A DNA stretch of 63,717 nucleotides, filler included, from Octopus bimaculoides (Eukaryota), in NCBI RefSeq assembly GCF_001194135.2. It is 6 parts of 6 records of this genome, joined end to end, with 100 filler letters (N's around TTAATTAATTAA, not from the genome) between each part and the next. Parts side by side here need not be neighbours in the genome. Positions count along the whole stretch, not along the records: positions 1 to 22,842 come from NC_068990.1; positions 22,943 to 45,969 come from NC_068994.1; 4 more parts are not named here. One strand, written 5' to 3'. The translations under genes and the position numbers were made by a program. This document shows, piece after piece, positions 12,164 to 24,068 of this stretch. Positions within the stretch are counted from its first letter, which is position 1. The number at the start of each line of letters is the position of its first letter. Under the pieces are notes generated by a model. The model was not told the origin of the DNA, made no database searches, and saw only the letters and a list, made by a program, of their open reading frames with translations.

Positions 12164-15100
12164 TGAGCAATAAGGAAGAAAGGATGGCTAACAGTATTAG
12201 AGCTTGATGAGATTAGGAAGAGGGTGATGATTGAAAACATGGGAAGTGGTGTAGAAGTAGATACAGAGAATGTTGACAATGCTGCACTTAATGAGAGTAC
12301 CCAGGAGTAGTATAATGTCTGAAGTCCTGAGTGTAGAGAAGGAATAAATAATGAAGACAAAGGAATGATCAAAGACATTACTAGTATCATTGAAGAAAAC
12401 CTGGATATAGAAATAAATGGATTCAAGAAAGTAGATAGAAATTTGCTCAGTGGGGTGGACCCTGAAGGTGAATAAAATACTGAAAGAAATCAAGAGAGAT
12501 GATATAAGAACAAATAGATTAATTAAAGCCTTCATCATCTATATAAGAAATAAAGTGGGCCTCGAAACAAACTAAGTGTAGGAATGAAGGAAAAGAACCT
12601 TGGTGGAAAAGAAGAATAAAACAACCAATGAACGAACTACAAAAACATATCAACATCTTGGAAAGAAAGAAAAAAAGGTGAAATCAAGGGGGAGGAGAAA
12701 TATAAAAACATGAGGAATATAAGAAAATATCATAGATATAGGATAAAGAAAAAGGGGCTAAATGTAGTTGAAACAAAGATTGCAGCCTAAAGCGACAAAG
12801 ATCAAGAGATAAGGCCAAAGAATTGAAGAATATAAAATCAACAGATTGTTCCAACAAGACCAGAAAAGAGTTTATCAACAGCTGAATGGAAAGGTTAATA
12901 GCAATGAGAGACCAGACGCCAAAGAAAGTAGAAGGTTTTTGTGTAATATCTGGGATAATGGAAGAAAGCTTAACAAAGATGCTAAATAGTTGAAAAAATT
13001 AAGATTGGAAAAATATGAAGTGAAACAGCAATATTAGAATAACAACTGAAATGGTAACTGAACAGACAACAAAGATCCCAAACTGGAAATGCCCAGACCT
13101 GGATAGGGTACAAGAATATTGGCTAAAAATTTCTTAGCACTACACAGAAGAATAGCCATGCAAATGGATAAAATGATCAACAATAGGGTGCAAACCCCAA
13201 AGTGACTGACCACAGGTTAAACAATTCTTTGCCAAAAAGGATTCCAATAAAGGCAATGCAGTGGATAATTACTAGCCCATCACTTGTCTGTCCCTGATGT
13301 GGAAGCTGATGACAAGAATAATATCTAATTATGTGTATAACTTCCTGGAAATGAATGACAAAGTACCAGTGGAACAAAAAGGATGTAGAAGGAAAACCCA
13401 AGGGACAAAAGACCAACTTCTAATAGACAGGATGGTACTGAATGACTGCAAGAAAAGACTTACTAATCTGGAATCGATTATAAGAAAGTGTATGACATGG
13501 TCCCCCATTCCTGGATTTTAGAAAGTCTTGAGCTGGTGCAGGTGTCTGGTAGCATATCAAATTTTATTAGGAGTGTGATACAAATGGGGATGAGATGAAC
13601 TAGAAGGAAAAGGCTGTGACGTCAATGGTTAAGGGGACCCACTGAAACAGGAAGTGAGAGAAGCAAGACCAGGGTCATCCAGTACCTGCCTGACTTTGCC
13701 CTTTGTTGGCTGTACCACTGCCATTAATGGTAGCACTCTGCTCATCACCTCCTCCTTCCATGGGATAAGGACATCCTCCTTAATCCATCTCTCTACCTCT
13801 CCTTCAAACTCACTCCTGGCATGTCCTTTCAGGGTATACTGGTAGCAGTTCAGCCTGTTCTTAAGTGTCACTCTACCATCCACCATTCACCATCAAACAA
13901 CACCCAAAAATCTTTGTCCTCAATGGTATAAGCAGTACAATCCCTTGCAGAGTTCTTCCCCCTCTCATGTTGCAAACTCACAGCACATGACGCCCCTGCA
14001 CCACCAAATGAAACCATGTCTCCACCAACACTGACACCGTGGTGATAGACATGAACGTTGATCATATCCATGCCCATCACAACATCAATTCTGTCTACCA
14101 CATGGTTGATCACAATTACCTGCAGCATCAGTGTTGTGTCACGTACCGCTATTTCTGCTTCGCTGCTACCTTTACACCCAATTTTGCTGCCATTGACCAC
14201 CCAAACGCTACTCATCCCCTTCCATCTTTTTGCCACCCTTGGGGTCATGAGTGTTGTACAGCCCATATCCACGAGGGCTTTGAACGCCTTTCCCCCAACC
14301 AAGACTTCAACTATGGGCAGCAACTGCATGAGCACCTCTACTTGCTCAAGGGGAAGTTTGAGGGGCAGCAACTCCCCCAAGGCCATTTTCCTGGCTGCAG
14401 TTTCAAGTGATATGCTCAGTCTGCCTGCATCAGTAGCAAATAGGTCTAGGCTTCATCTCCATGAAGTTCCTTGCCATGTGCAGTCCCTGGCACTTGAAAC
14501 ACCAGCCCATGAATGGTTGCTGTCGCTCCACAGCAGTTTTTTCTCCACATTCTTTACTAGTCACTGCACTATGTCGCAGGCTTCCACAGCTGCCATCACC
14601 ACTGCCTTCCACCCAGTGCTTTGTGTCAACATGCGAGCTTGAGCAATGAGCTTGCTCATCGCCATTTTCTCACTGCCTGGCAGTTGTTGCAGTCATACCA
14701 ATATGTAATCAGAAAAGCCATTTACTCTCCAGGAAAACCAGATAGCATGGCCAGTCCCCGAACCTCCGTGGGATACTCGTCGACCTGATCATTCCCAGTT
14801 TAGCAAATACAGGATACATTTGCTCTGTGTAGGCTTCCCTGAAGCGCTGCTCAGTCTTCACCACACTCAGTTGGTCTTTCTCATCCACGTTGAGGTACAG
14901 TGCCAACACGCTTCTGTCCAGATACAGGGCCATGAGACCTGCTAAATCAATGCTTTGTAGCCTGGCCACCACCTTGATCTTATGGATCCAGGCGATTACA
15001 TCTCCACCACAGAAAGATCTGACAGCATCGCTGCCAATTCTTATCTTCACTGCCATCTCATGGAAGGGGACAACAACAATGGAAAAATATATTTATATGT

Positions 15101-17155
15101 GAAAGCCAAAATAGCTTGTGGTATGAGGCAACTGTAATGTAGGCAATAAAATACGGTTCATCTACCGCTGGTTGTTGGCTAACCAGCTGTGTTAAGTCTA
15201 AACATGTGCCCTACCCATCTCACCTAATGTTAGCAGCTGCTACTACTAATCCCTGCACGTTCACTCGCTCCACTCACGTCCATTCACTACCATTGCCCCA
15301 GGCCAAAAGAGGATAACACTGGTCTTCCTTCTCTCACTTCCTCTCTCTCTCCCTTCCTGTTCTAGTGAGGCCCCTTAACCGTTGATGTCACAGCTCTTTC
15401 CTTCCAGTTCATCTCATCCCTGCAAAGAGATGAATGAAAAACTAGAAAACAGAGTTTACTTCATGTGGAAAATTTTTAACATCAAGAGAGGTATATTTCA
15501 AGGAGATAACCTAGCACCATTGTTGTTTGTAATTTATATGATACCCTTCACGCAGATACTATGGAAAGTGACATCGGGGTACATTTTGAAAAGTGGATGA
15601 AAATTAAATCATCAGTTATATATGGATGACTTAAAGATCTTTGGGAAGACTGAACATGAAATAAATGGCAGATATTCAGTGAGGATATCGGAATGGAATT
15701 TGGGACTAAAAAGTGCAGTAAGTTTATAATACAAAGAGGCAACGTAGTGTCATGTGATAGTGTAGAGCTACCCAACAGTGAAAAAGATCAAGGATATTGA
15801 GACTAATGCATATAAATATCTGGGGATTTTTTAATACAACATCAAGGAAAGTGAAATGAAGGAAAGCTTTAGAGAAGAATATCTCAGAAGAACCAAATTA
15901 ATTATGGGAAGTAGGCTCAACGGAAAAAAAAAAGATCAGGGCAAAGAACATATGGGCTGTTTCCTTAATGTGATACAGCACAGGTGTTGTTAGGTGGACA
16001 AAGAACGAGCTTGAGGAAACGTACAGGAAAACCAGAAAAGTGACAACAATTAACAAGGAACTATTCCCCAAAAGTGATACTGACAGTGCCTAGGACAGGG
16101 GAGGAAGAGACTTCATAGTATGCAAGATCTGTGTTGTCAACGAGAACAGTCTGGAATGGTACATCAAACAGTAGAGTGAATCTTTGCTTGCCACTGTTAG
16201 AATTAACAATACAATACCCACTGAAAATGTGATGCACCCACAAACATTTAAGAAACAAGATGAAGAAGAAAGAGTAAACAATTGGAAAATGAAATCACTG
16301 CATGGGCAATACCTCAGAGAAATTGAAGGAAAAACAAGATCATCACTTGGAGATGGCTAAGAAAAAGTGATCTGAAAGGATGCACTGAAGCATTGATATG
16401 CAGCATCCAGGAACAAGCTCTAAGAACTAATTACACCAAGTCCCAAATAGATAAGAGTAGCAAATCACCCCTTTGTAAGATGTGTGGCAGCAGAAATGAA
16501 AAATCTGACATGTTGTGAGTGAATATAGCAAGTTGGCCCAAAAGCACTACAAAAGGAGGCACAATAAAATGGCTAAGTTCGTCCACTGGAGGCTATGTGA
16601 AAAGTACAGCCTGAAAAGATCACAGAAATGGTGTGAACATGAACCAGAAGGATTTTACAATCCAATGTGACTCCTTAGTCAATGCTCAGAAACCAGATAT
16701 TGTTATGGTATATACAGGGAAAAAAGGAAACCAAGATTATAGATATTGCAATATCTAGGGATGCATGCATAAGTGACAAAGAACTAGAAAAGATTGAAAA
16801 GTGCAGACTACAAAAAGACAAAATTGTAAGAATGTGAACTATGAGGAGGAGAATGTCTGTCATTCCACTAGTTGTAGGGACACTCAGAGCACTAACAACC
16901 AAGTTCAAGAAATATGTCAGAGAAATCAGAATTGACATAAGAGCAGAGCAAGCCCAAAAAACGGCTCTGATGGGGACAGCTAGGATTTTGGTATTGGTAC
17001 TTGGATGTTGACTGCCTCCCACAATAATTAACAACCAAGTATTAAAGCTCATAATGTGCAGAAAGAGACCCTGTGAGACCTCTGTCTGCTCTCAGAGAAT
17101 CTACCAGAACAAACAAGACCGAGCGAGGATTAGGGAGGAGGCGAAGGAGGGGAGG
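12164..17155 (+). mobile_element. Second degenerate R4/Dong-like LINE, split by a Gypsy-derived insertion at 13585-15424
   Basis: Left part: PDLDRVQEYW, PITCLSLMWKLMT, EQKGCRRKTQGTKDQLLID, YDMVPHSW. Right part resumes with IKRGIFQGDNLAP, LYMDDLKIFG, YKYLG, EQALRTNY...CKMCG, KPDIV...IIDIAIS, LMGTARIL. RT-domain spacing is continuous across the insert. Confidence 0.9.
13585..15424 (-). mobile_element. Gypsy-type LTR retrotransposon fragment: 5' LTR, gag, zinc knuckle, aspartic protease, start of RT, then an inverted partial LTR
   Basis: An LTR-like segment at 15133-15424 reads TGCA...TTACA on the minus strand. The gag-like ORF runs 15056-14709, with knuckle CFKCQGLHMARN (about 14500-14465), protease KALVDMGCTT (about 14280-14250) and RT start LPLMAVVQPTKGKVRQVLD ending about 13677. 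Segment 13587-13680 is an inverted copy of 15311-15420. Confidence 0.85.
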
Positions 17156-17159
17156 AGGA

Positions 17160-17620
17160 GGATTTCTTTTATTGACCACAAGAACCCAAGCCATGACTAT
17201 ATATCAAAGGAAGAGATATAACACACAAACAGGTGGGGTTTACACTAATCAAGAAGAGACTCTACAATATTAAGAATATAACAAAAGGGTATAAGAACAG
17301 AAATTAGAAAAATAAATAATTAATAAATAGAATCCTAGGTTATTCTACCATCTCCAAGGCATGGGAAGTGCCATCTTTCAGTTTCTTTCCTTCAACTGAG
17401 AAAAGTATACTCAGAGTTGATCTATTCAGTCTCACCAGTCTTGCCACGCTTATCTGCCTTTCGATAAACACACTAGATAAACACACTAGAAAGCAGGACC
17501 TTCCTCTTTAAATGATATTTGAAGAAATTAAGATTAGCCAAATAGGGAAGTGCCTGTCTTCAAATCTTTCAGAGAGGTCCACCACACAGTCTTTTTTGTC
17601 ACAGTCATTAAGCAGAAAAA
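17160..17620 (-). mobile_element. 3' end of a Tx1/L1-like LINE
   Basis: The reverse complement of 17160-17330 resembles the 3' UTR at 32190-32365 (ccccacctgttt...gggctcttgtggccaataaaag). Upstream it reads TVWWTSLK, typical of the Tx1-type ORF2 C-terminus. Confidence 0.7.
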
Positions 17621-18951
17621 GATCTGTCTCCCTTCTCTGTCAAAGGAAGGTGGTGCATCAATCTTTACTATATACTCGCCAGAATGAATTCATCTTACAT
17701 AAGATAGCAGCTGTTCAACACAGACCCACAAGTTGCTAATGTATGGACACTGAATGATTGCATGCTGGACGATTTCGTACCCAGCTCAAGACCAGCAATT
17801 TTAGGGGGAGGGGTTATTTGATTACTCAACTGGTATTTATTTTATATACCCTGAAAGAATGAAAGGTAAAGTTGACCTCAGCAGGATTTACTAAAGATAT
17901 CCTTGTCACAAAATTTAAATAGGGTAAATGAAAAGATAGAGAAAGGGAAAGAGAGAGGAAGAAAGAAGAGTGAGGAGGATGGTGAGAGAAAGAGAGAGGG
18001 AGAGAAAGGAAGTAATGGAAGACCATATTGTGAAACAAATTCCCATAACCTGTCACGTAATTGGGAGTTATCTCCCATTAGTCGCTATATTTTCTAATTG
18101 CTTTACTAGAAATATTCTTGAATAACATCTTTTATTACGAGAAAACATGAACACGATGTATTTCAGGAAAATCTTTCGGGCAACTTTAACCGAGTAGGAT
18201 TAAGTTGTTTTTTTTTTGAGGATTTTTGTTATTTTTTTAATTCAGTATAAATTTTAATGTTAATTTTATTCCTGCTCAGTGGTTAGAATTCAAATGGAGC
18301 AACACAAATCTGTTTCCTTCCTCATGGACTACATTCTCTCTGAATCGAAGCGGGGCAATCCTTTGGTACTGGTACACAGAATGTCAATATGAGAAGACGA
18401 CATTATTTGCCTCTTTATCTATGTCATGAGGGAAGGTTGTGAGGGTGAATGATGTCGTCTGCCAATGCCAAAGTATGGCCTGAAGGGGATGTCTGTATGT
18501 GACTATTGAGTGGGGAGAAGCCATTACACATCAATTTCCACAAGGTGTTGACAGTGACGTAAGTTGGTCCAATGATGAGCAACTGAAACTGAATGGAGTT
18601 AGCCAGCTGTGGCAGCCGTCACTTCCCAAAATGAACGATGAAGGTAGATGGCCTACTATCTCTTTGTGTGTATGATAAGGAAGGTTGTTAGCACAAAGTA
18701 CCTCTTTGTGTTTCCAGAGGAAAATGATAACTTAGGTCATAGGGATAAGGATATCTCTGAAGCCATGTATTTCTAGCAGATAGAGAAAGAGAAACGTTCC
18801 AGCCGTAATCATCATGTATCTTTGAAAATGTAGGGTGTGGTTTAACAAGAATTTATCCGTTATTTCCATCAAGGTAAGTGATCCCATAGAGGATCCCTCT
18901 CTTTGTTGTTTATTCGGCTCTGGTAGTGACCACCTTTTATTATCCAATATT

Positions 18952-19180
18952 AGGGCGTCGAGCTGACAGAATCGTTATCAAGCCGGGCAAAATGCTTAGC
19001 GGTATTTCGTTTACGTTCTGAGTTCAAATTCCGCCGAGGTCGACTTTGCCTTTTATCGTTTCGGGGTCGATTAAATACGTACCAGTTACGCACTGAGATC
19101 GATGTAATCGACTTAATCTCTTTGTCTGTCCTTGTTTGTCCCCTCGGTGTTTAGCACCCTGTGGGCAATAAAGAAATAAA
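18952..19180 (+). mobile_element. SINE family A copy with the alternative (Tx1-like) 3' tail
   Basis: Clean head and B box GAGTTCAAATTCC. The tail is gtccttgtttgtcccctcggtgtttagcaccctgtgggcaataaagaaataaa instead of the usual ggccttgtgcctatagtagaaagg. Confidence 0.85.
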
Positions 19181-19403
19181 TATATAACTCAATATTTTAA
19201 GGCAGTAAAGTATGGGGGAGATTTGGCTGATATTTGTAGCACATCGAATGGCCGCATAGAAGCTTCCTAACTATTATCTATAGTAGAAGACACTTACCAA
19301 GGGTGTCACGTAATGGGACTGAATCCACAACCACATGCTTGAGAAGCAGGCTGCTTAACCACATAGCCATGACTGTACCTCTGTGTGTGTGTGTGTGTGT
19401 GTA

Positions 19404-19895
19404 TGTAACAGTTTGTGTCACCAATGTAATACCAATGAAGTGGGTTGGTTAAGGTTAACGATTGCAATGATATGCAACTGCTCTTGTTGCATCAGAAGGT
19501 AGTAGTTCTTTCTAGTCGGGGTTACAGTCGAGGGTCACCAATTTGTAAAGGTTGTATTACGATATCTGCTGGAGTCGGCAGTTAGCGATTGTAACGAGTG
19601 TTGCTGTTGCAGATGTTCAAGATGAAAGAAGAACAGTGATCGAAGTCGGAAAGAAATATTTCTTTAGCGTTACTTTGTATATATCCAAAACCACGACGGG
19701 TTGGTACGTATAATTAGTAAATGGAAAAGCATGCGAGGGAAAAAAGAGCTAATCAAAGTTATAGGGAAGCTGTCTCATAGTTGACTGGTTGTAAACTTCC
19801 TTCTCCCTCTGGCCGTTTTGTCTCAAGTGGCTGCCTGCTTGTGACCATGACTCTGATTCCCCGTTCACTAACTCATGGTCGCTCTCCTTAACTAA
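19404..19895 (+). repeat. LTR-like repeat fragment related to 21228-21845 in opposite orientation
   Basis: Begins TGTAACAG. The block gtctcatagttgactggttgtaaacttccttctccctct resembles the reverse complement of about 21520-21565 (gtctcacagttactgacagtaaacttgatttctccctct). Confidence 0.45.
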
Positions 19896-22842
19896 TTTCT
19901 TTTATTTGCCAATACATGGCTAACATAGAAGGGATAACACAAGACAAAACAAAAACATTTCAGGACTGGTGTTATACATTAGTTAGTCTGGGTTATGGCT
20001 GTCACCTTACTTGTAACCTCGCTTCAATTTTTCTTCACCTGGAGATCCAGTCCAAACCAGACCCCGAGCACTTTAACCGGGCCTTCCGTCCGACGTCTCA
20101 CGACGCAGCTGAGAGGCATGGACTTGCCCTTCGAGGTGCCGAGTTTCAAGCCAACTGATTTTTCCTGGTTAACTTCTGTTCCTGTCACCACTTCGTATCT
20201 TTTGATGGCGTCTTCTACACAAGGTATCTGCCCTTCATCAGACACGATGATGGTGACCTCATCCGCATATGCCATCACTCCTCTACCATAACATAGATCA
20301 CGCGTGTCTTCTCCCTTGACCTCCACCCTCCGCAGCAGTGGCTCAAGAGCCAATACATACAGAAGCGGGGATAGGGGGCAGCCCTGGTGAACTGAACACT
20401 CGATCGCGAACAGCCTCGAGAAGAAACCGTTCACCCGGACGACTGAGTCGATATCGCTATACAGAGCATTGATCCATCCACGGAAAGTCAGGCCCAGTCC
20501 GACTGCCCAAAGGACCGCCACCAGATACCGATGGTCAACTCTATCGAATGCCTTAGACTGGTTTAAATTCACCAGTGCCCCACCTTTGCCAGAAATTTTA
20601 CCCACCCGATATATAGTGTAGCGTATGAGGTGAATATTGTCGTGTGTTGTCCTACCTGGGATGGCACATGTCTGCACCTCTCCCACTAGGTCACCAACGA
20701 CAAGCCTCACTCTCTTGGCTAACACCTTGGCCAAAATCTTTATCTCCGTGTTTAGCAGAGTTATGGGCCCGAAATTATAAATGTTATCCCCCTTGCTCGG
20801 GTCCTTGCTGATCAATGTTACTACTACCTGGCTCACAGATTTGGCAATTCTCCCGTTCTGCTGCCAGTTCACGTATACACCGGCCAGTATGTTCCCGAAC
20901 AAGTCTGGCATACTCATCAAATTCGTAGGGAAGACCATCCAGTCCTGGCGACTTGTCCCCGGAGCACTCGGAAAGCACCTCTATGNNNNNNNNNNNNNNN
21001 NNNNNNNNNNNNNNNNNNNNNNNNNNNNNNNNNNNNNNNNNNNNNNNNNNNNNNNNNNNNNNNNNNNNNNNNNNNNNNNNNNNNNNNNNNNNNNNNNNNN
21101 NNNNNNNNNNNNNNNNNNNNNNNNNNNNNNNNNNNNAGAGGAATGCTCCTGAAAGGCCTTACACATATAGTGGATCTTGCATGCATGAAGTAGATTCGAT
21201 CCACCATAGCCAAATTTAAATTAACACTGCAACAGAACTTTTCCCACGGTGGAACACTGGTTTTTCTGTTACAGCAGTTTTACATTTTCCAGATGCCTTT
21301 AGCTAGGCCGAAATAATGTTTTCACCACTTTACCCTTTCTAACCTCTTCTACTTCACCAAATAGAGACCACCAACTAAATCTATTGTTCTCAATGATATG
21401 TCTATCCTTCTGGATAGTTATAAAAGCAAGAACACCCCAAGCAAAAATCAGTCGGTAACGACTCAACGAGTTAGTCACTTCGGTGACAACGAAGTCTGAC
21501 TGACCAACTAGAACCTTGGTTAGAGGGAGAAATCAAGTTTACTGTCAGTAACTGTGAGACAACGTCCCACACCTTACAACTCTCACTAGCTCTAATTCTA
21601 TTCTCTTACAACATCATTCTATTTCTCCTAAACAATGAAGAGGACACAAACACAAACTTTACTTCGCACGCCCGTCGAAGCAATCTTTTGTAATGTAACG
21701 GTAAATAAATACTTCCTTAAAACTTCATGCATTGTCCATCTTTCACATCTTACAACATACCGTTATAACAACAAATTTTTATCGTTATAACTACTGACTC
21801 CCACAATTCATATTATTGTGTACCTAACAAATCTTACCCGTTACAATTGGTAACTACACAAATTATTATCGTTACATACATCTCTTCTTGTCCTTCGATC
21901 TCCTGTCCTTGTTCGTTTACCACAGACATTATAGTAGCATCTACGCTACGTTGGGTTTCTACCGAGCGAGCCCACCCAGCAACGTTGATACCCTCGCGAC
22001 TCAGTGCACGTCCTTTTGCCCGGACCCTGCAACCTTCGTGTTTGACATTGAGGTGTCGGTCCAGGGTCGATCTCGCCGCCAAAACTTGGGGTACAGAGCC
22101 CACTCTGTCAGCGTCGCCTTAACTAGAGACCCTTCTACTCTAGATTGCTCTAGACTTAACTGTTTGCTAAATCTAATAGACTCAAGTCGAATGGCTCTTT
22201 TAGGGGCATCCCACCACCGGTTATTCAACACGGTGCCAGTGAGTGCCCTCATGACTAACTCCTTAATTTGGATACGGTATGTTTCGCAAGCCAATAAGGT
22301 TTTTATCAAGTTCCAGTAGTCAGATCCCTGTCTATGGACTTTATCTATATGTACCCTACACGTCACTAATTTGTGATCTGTGTAGGGTATATAAGTAAAC
22401 TGCGTACAGCTAAAGGAAGACCTATTTCTAGTATTCACTACTATCCCGTCTATATAAAACCTGAGAGATCCGTCATTATTACTCCATACTGGAACGTCGC
22501 TATTACTCCACATTGGAACGCTCGTATTTTCAAGTCTGTACCGATTTGCCAGCCTAAATCGCTTCAGCAGATCGATGAGGCGTGAGTTACTTTTCCTATC
22601 GGTCGAGCCAACGCTATCCAGGAGTCCATCTAGAATAACGATAAAGTCTCCAAGCATCACTATTGTCTTTGATGTCACGAGAAAGTCCTCTAGGCGTCGA
22701 CAGAATTCATTCTGTTTGCCTGTTGAACGAGGCGCGTAAATGCAGATTAGCCTGAAGGTCTTATCACTGAATGTTAGACCCAAAACGACCGAATCACCTT
22801 CTGGGTCAACAAAGATTGCACGTGTCTGCAGAGCCAAACTTT
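19896..22842 (-). mobile_element. Tx1/L1-like LINE ORF2 (APE endonuclease plus RT), internally deleted and interrupted
   Basis: APE ORF 22837-22001 (FRLICIYAP, MLGDF, YTDHKLV, YWNL). RT ORF 20938-20024 (FGPITLLNTEIKILAKVLAKR, NQSKAFDRVDH, SVHQGCPLSPLLYVLALEPLL, AYADEV). After about 19985 it jumps to a short 3' end (...tattggcaaataaaagaa, 19896). Confidence 0.9.
21228..21845. repeat. Solo-LTR-like insertion within the Tx1-like ORF2
   Basis: 618 bp bounded by TGCAACAG...CCGTTACA (short inverted TG...CA termini), lying between the APE and RT parts of the host LINE. No TSD is recognisable. Confidence 0.5.
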
Positions 22843-22886
22843 NNNNNNNNNNNNNNNNNNNNNNNNNNNNNNNNNNNNNNNNNNNN

Positions 22887-22898
22887 TTAATTAATTAA
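22887..22898. other. Assembly linker TTAATTAATTAA inside N runs (also 46014-46025, 57950-57961, 61068-61079, 62346-62357)
   Basis: An identical palindromic 12-mer with stops in all six frames, always centred in N runs. Confidence 0.95.
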
Positions 22899-22942
22899 NN
22901 NNNNNNNNNNNNNNNNNNNNNNNNNNNNNNNNNNNNNNNNNN

Positions 22943-22981
<39 letters not shown>

Positions 22982-23470
22982 TGACACGTTTATAATTTAG
23001 TTTTTATAAATTATAACTCTATTATTTTATTATTTTTTCATGTTTATTCTCGATTTAAATTCATCTCAATGCCCAGCATCGGTTCAGTCTGGTAGCTCAC
23101 CTGTAGTGGAATCTTCTATTAAGTACGGTTTGCCTTAACATCGCCTTTCACCTGGTCTTCTATTTAAACTTCTTGTACATGTCATGTACGTGAAACTATT
23201 GGTAACGCATGTGATTAGGGTGTTGCACTCGCGACTGTGAGATCGTGGTTTTGATTCCCTGACGAGGTGTTGCATTGTCTTCTTCAGCAAAACACTTAAT
23301 TTCACGATGCTCTGTGATCATTTTGTCATCTGACATGTGGCACATGGTGCATCTGCACAGGTAATGTTAATTTAATGGAGGGAGTGAGCTTATGTGAACA
23401 CAAACATTTGATCCCTATAAACAAATCATTTGTGTAGTCTAACGACTGGTGAGTCCATTATGTATACGTC

Positions 23471-23513
<43 letters not shown>

Positions 23514-23869
23514 TAATACTGGTCAACAAATTTTTTGTTGCATTGATATCAACACTTGATATTACCTAATATGAGAGCATAGATTTCAGATTTGAAGTTC
23601 GTTATTTCCTAAATGCTCTAATTTTGGGGGAATCAAGGCATTTGAAAATCTAGCGAGAAGATAAAACTAGTCAATGGCCTGGCAATTTATTTTATTTTGA
23701 TGAAAATAGCTTGAAACCATGGTTCAGGAAATAGATGGTAAATGTTTTTATTTTTCATTCCTTTTCGAAATTATCCCTAATTGTGGTTTGGAGTTTGACT
23801 GCTCCTTCTAGCGGGTTAGATGTCCTATTATGGACATCTCTCTTATGTGTCTAAATATACACAGTATGT

Positions 23870-24068
23870 TGTTGTTGGCACTCCGTCGCTTACGACGTCG
23901 AGGGTTCCAGTTGATCCGATCAACGGAATGGCCTGCTCGTGAAATTAACGTGTAAGTGGCTGAGCACTGTTTTCGCTCAATAAACACTCACAACGCCCGG
24001 TCTGGGAATCGAAACTGCGATCCTATGACCGCAAGTCCGCTGCCCTAACCACTGGGCCATTGCGCCTC
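23870..24068 (-). mobile_element. SINE family C, internally deleted, with an imperfect 11-bp TSD
   Basis: Minus-strand head GAGGCGCAATGGCCCAGTGGTTAGGGCAGCGGACTTGCGGTCATAGGATCGCAGTTTCGATTCCC is tRNA-like with A and B boxes. Flanks are ACACAGTATGT (23859-23869) and ACACGGTATGT (24072-24082). Confidence 0.85.

Noticed and set aside
13585-15424. DIRS-type element (inverted terminal repeats)
   Set aside because: It encodes an aspartic protease and Gypsy-like gag/RT with no tyrosine recombinase remnant; kept as an aberrant Gypsy instead.
22887-22898. Recurring palindrome TTAATTAATTAA (five occurrences)
   Set aside because: Always centred in N runs, with stops in all six frames; an artificial scaffolding linker, not biology.
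23998-24068. tRNA gene (Arg-like) on the minus strand
   Set aside because: It is the head of a SINE: it continues into a CORE-like body, has a TSD and lacks a complete acceptor stem and terminator.
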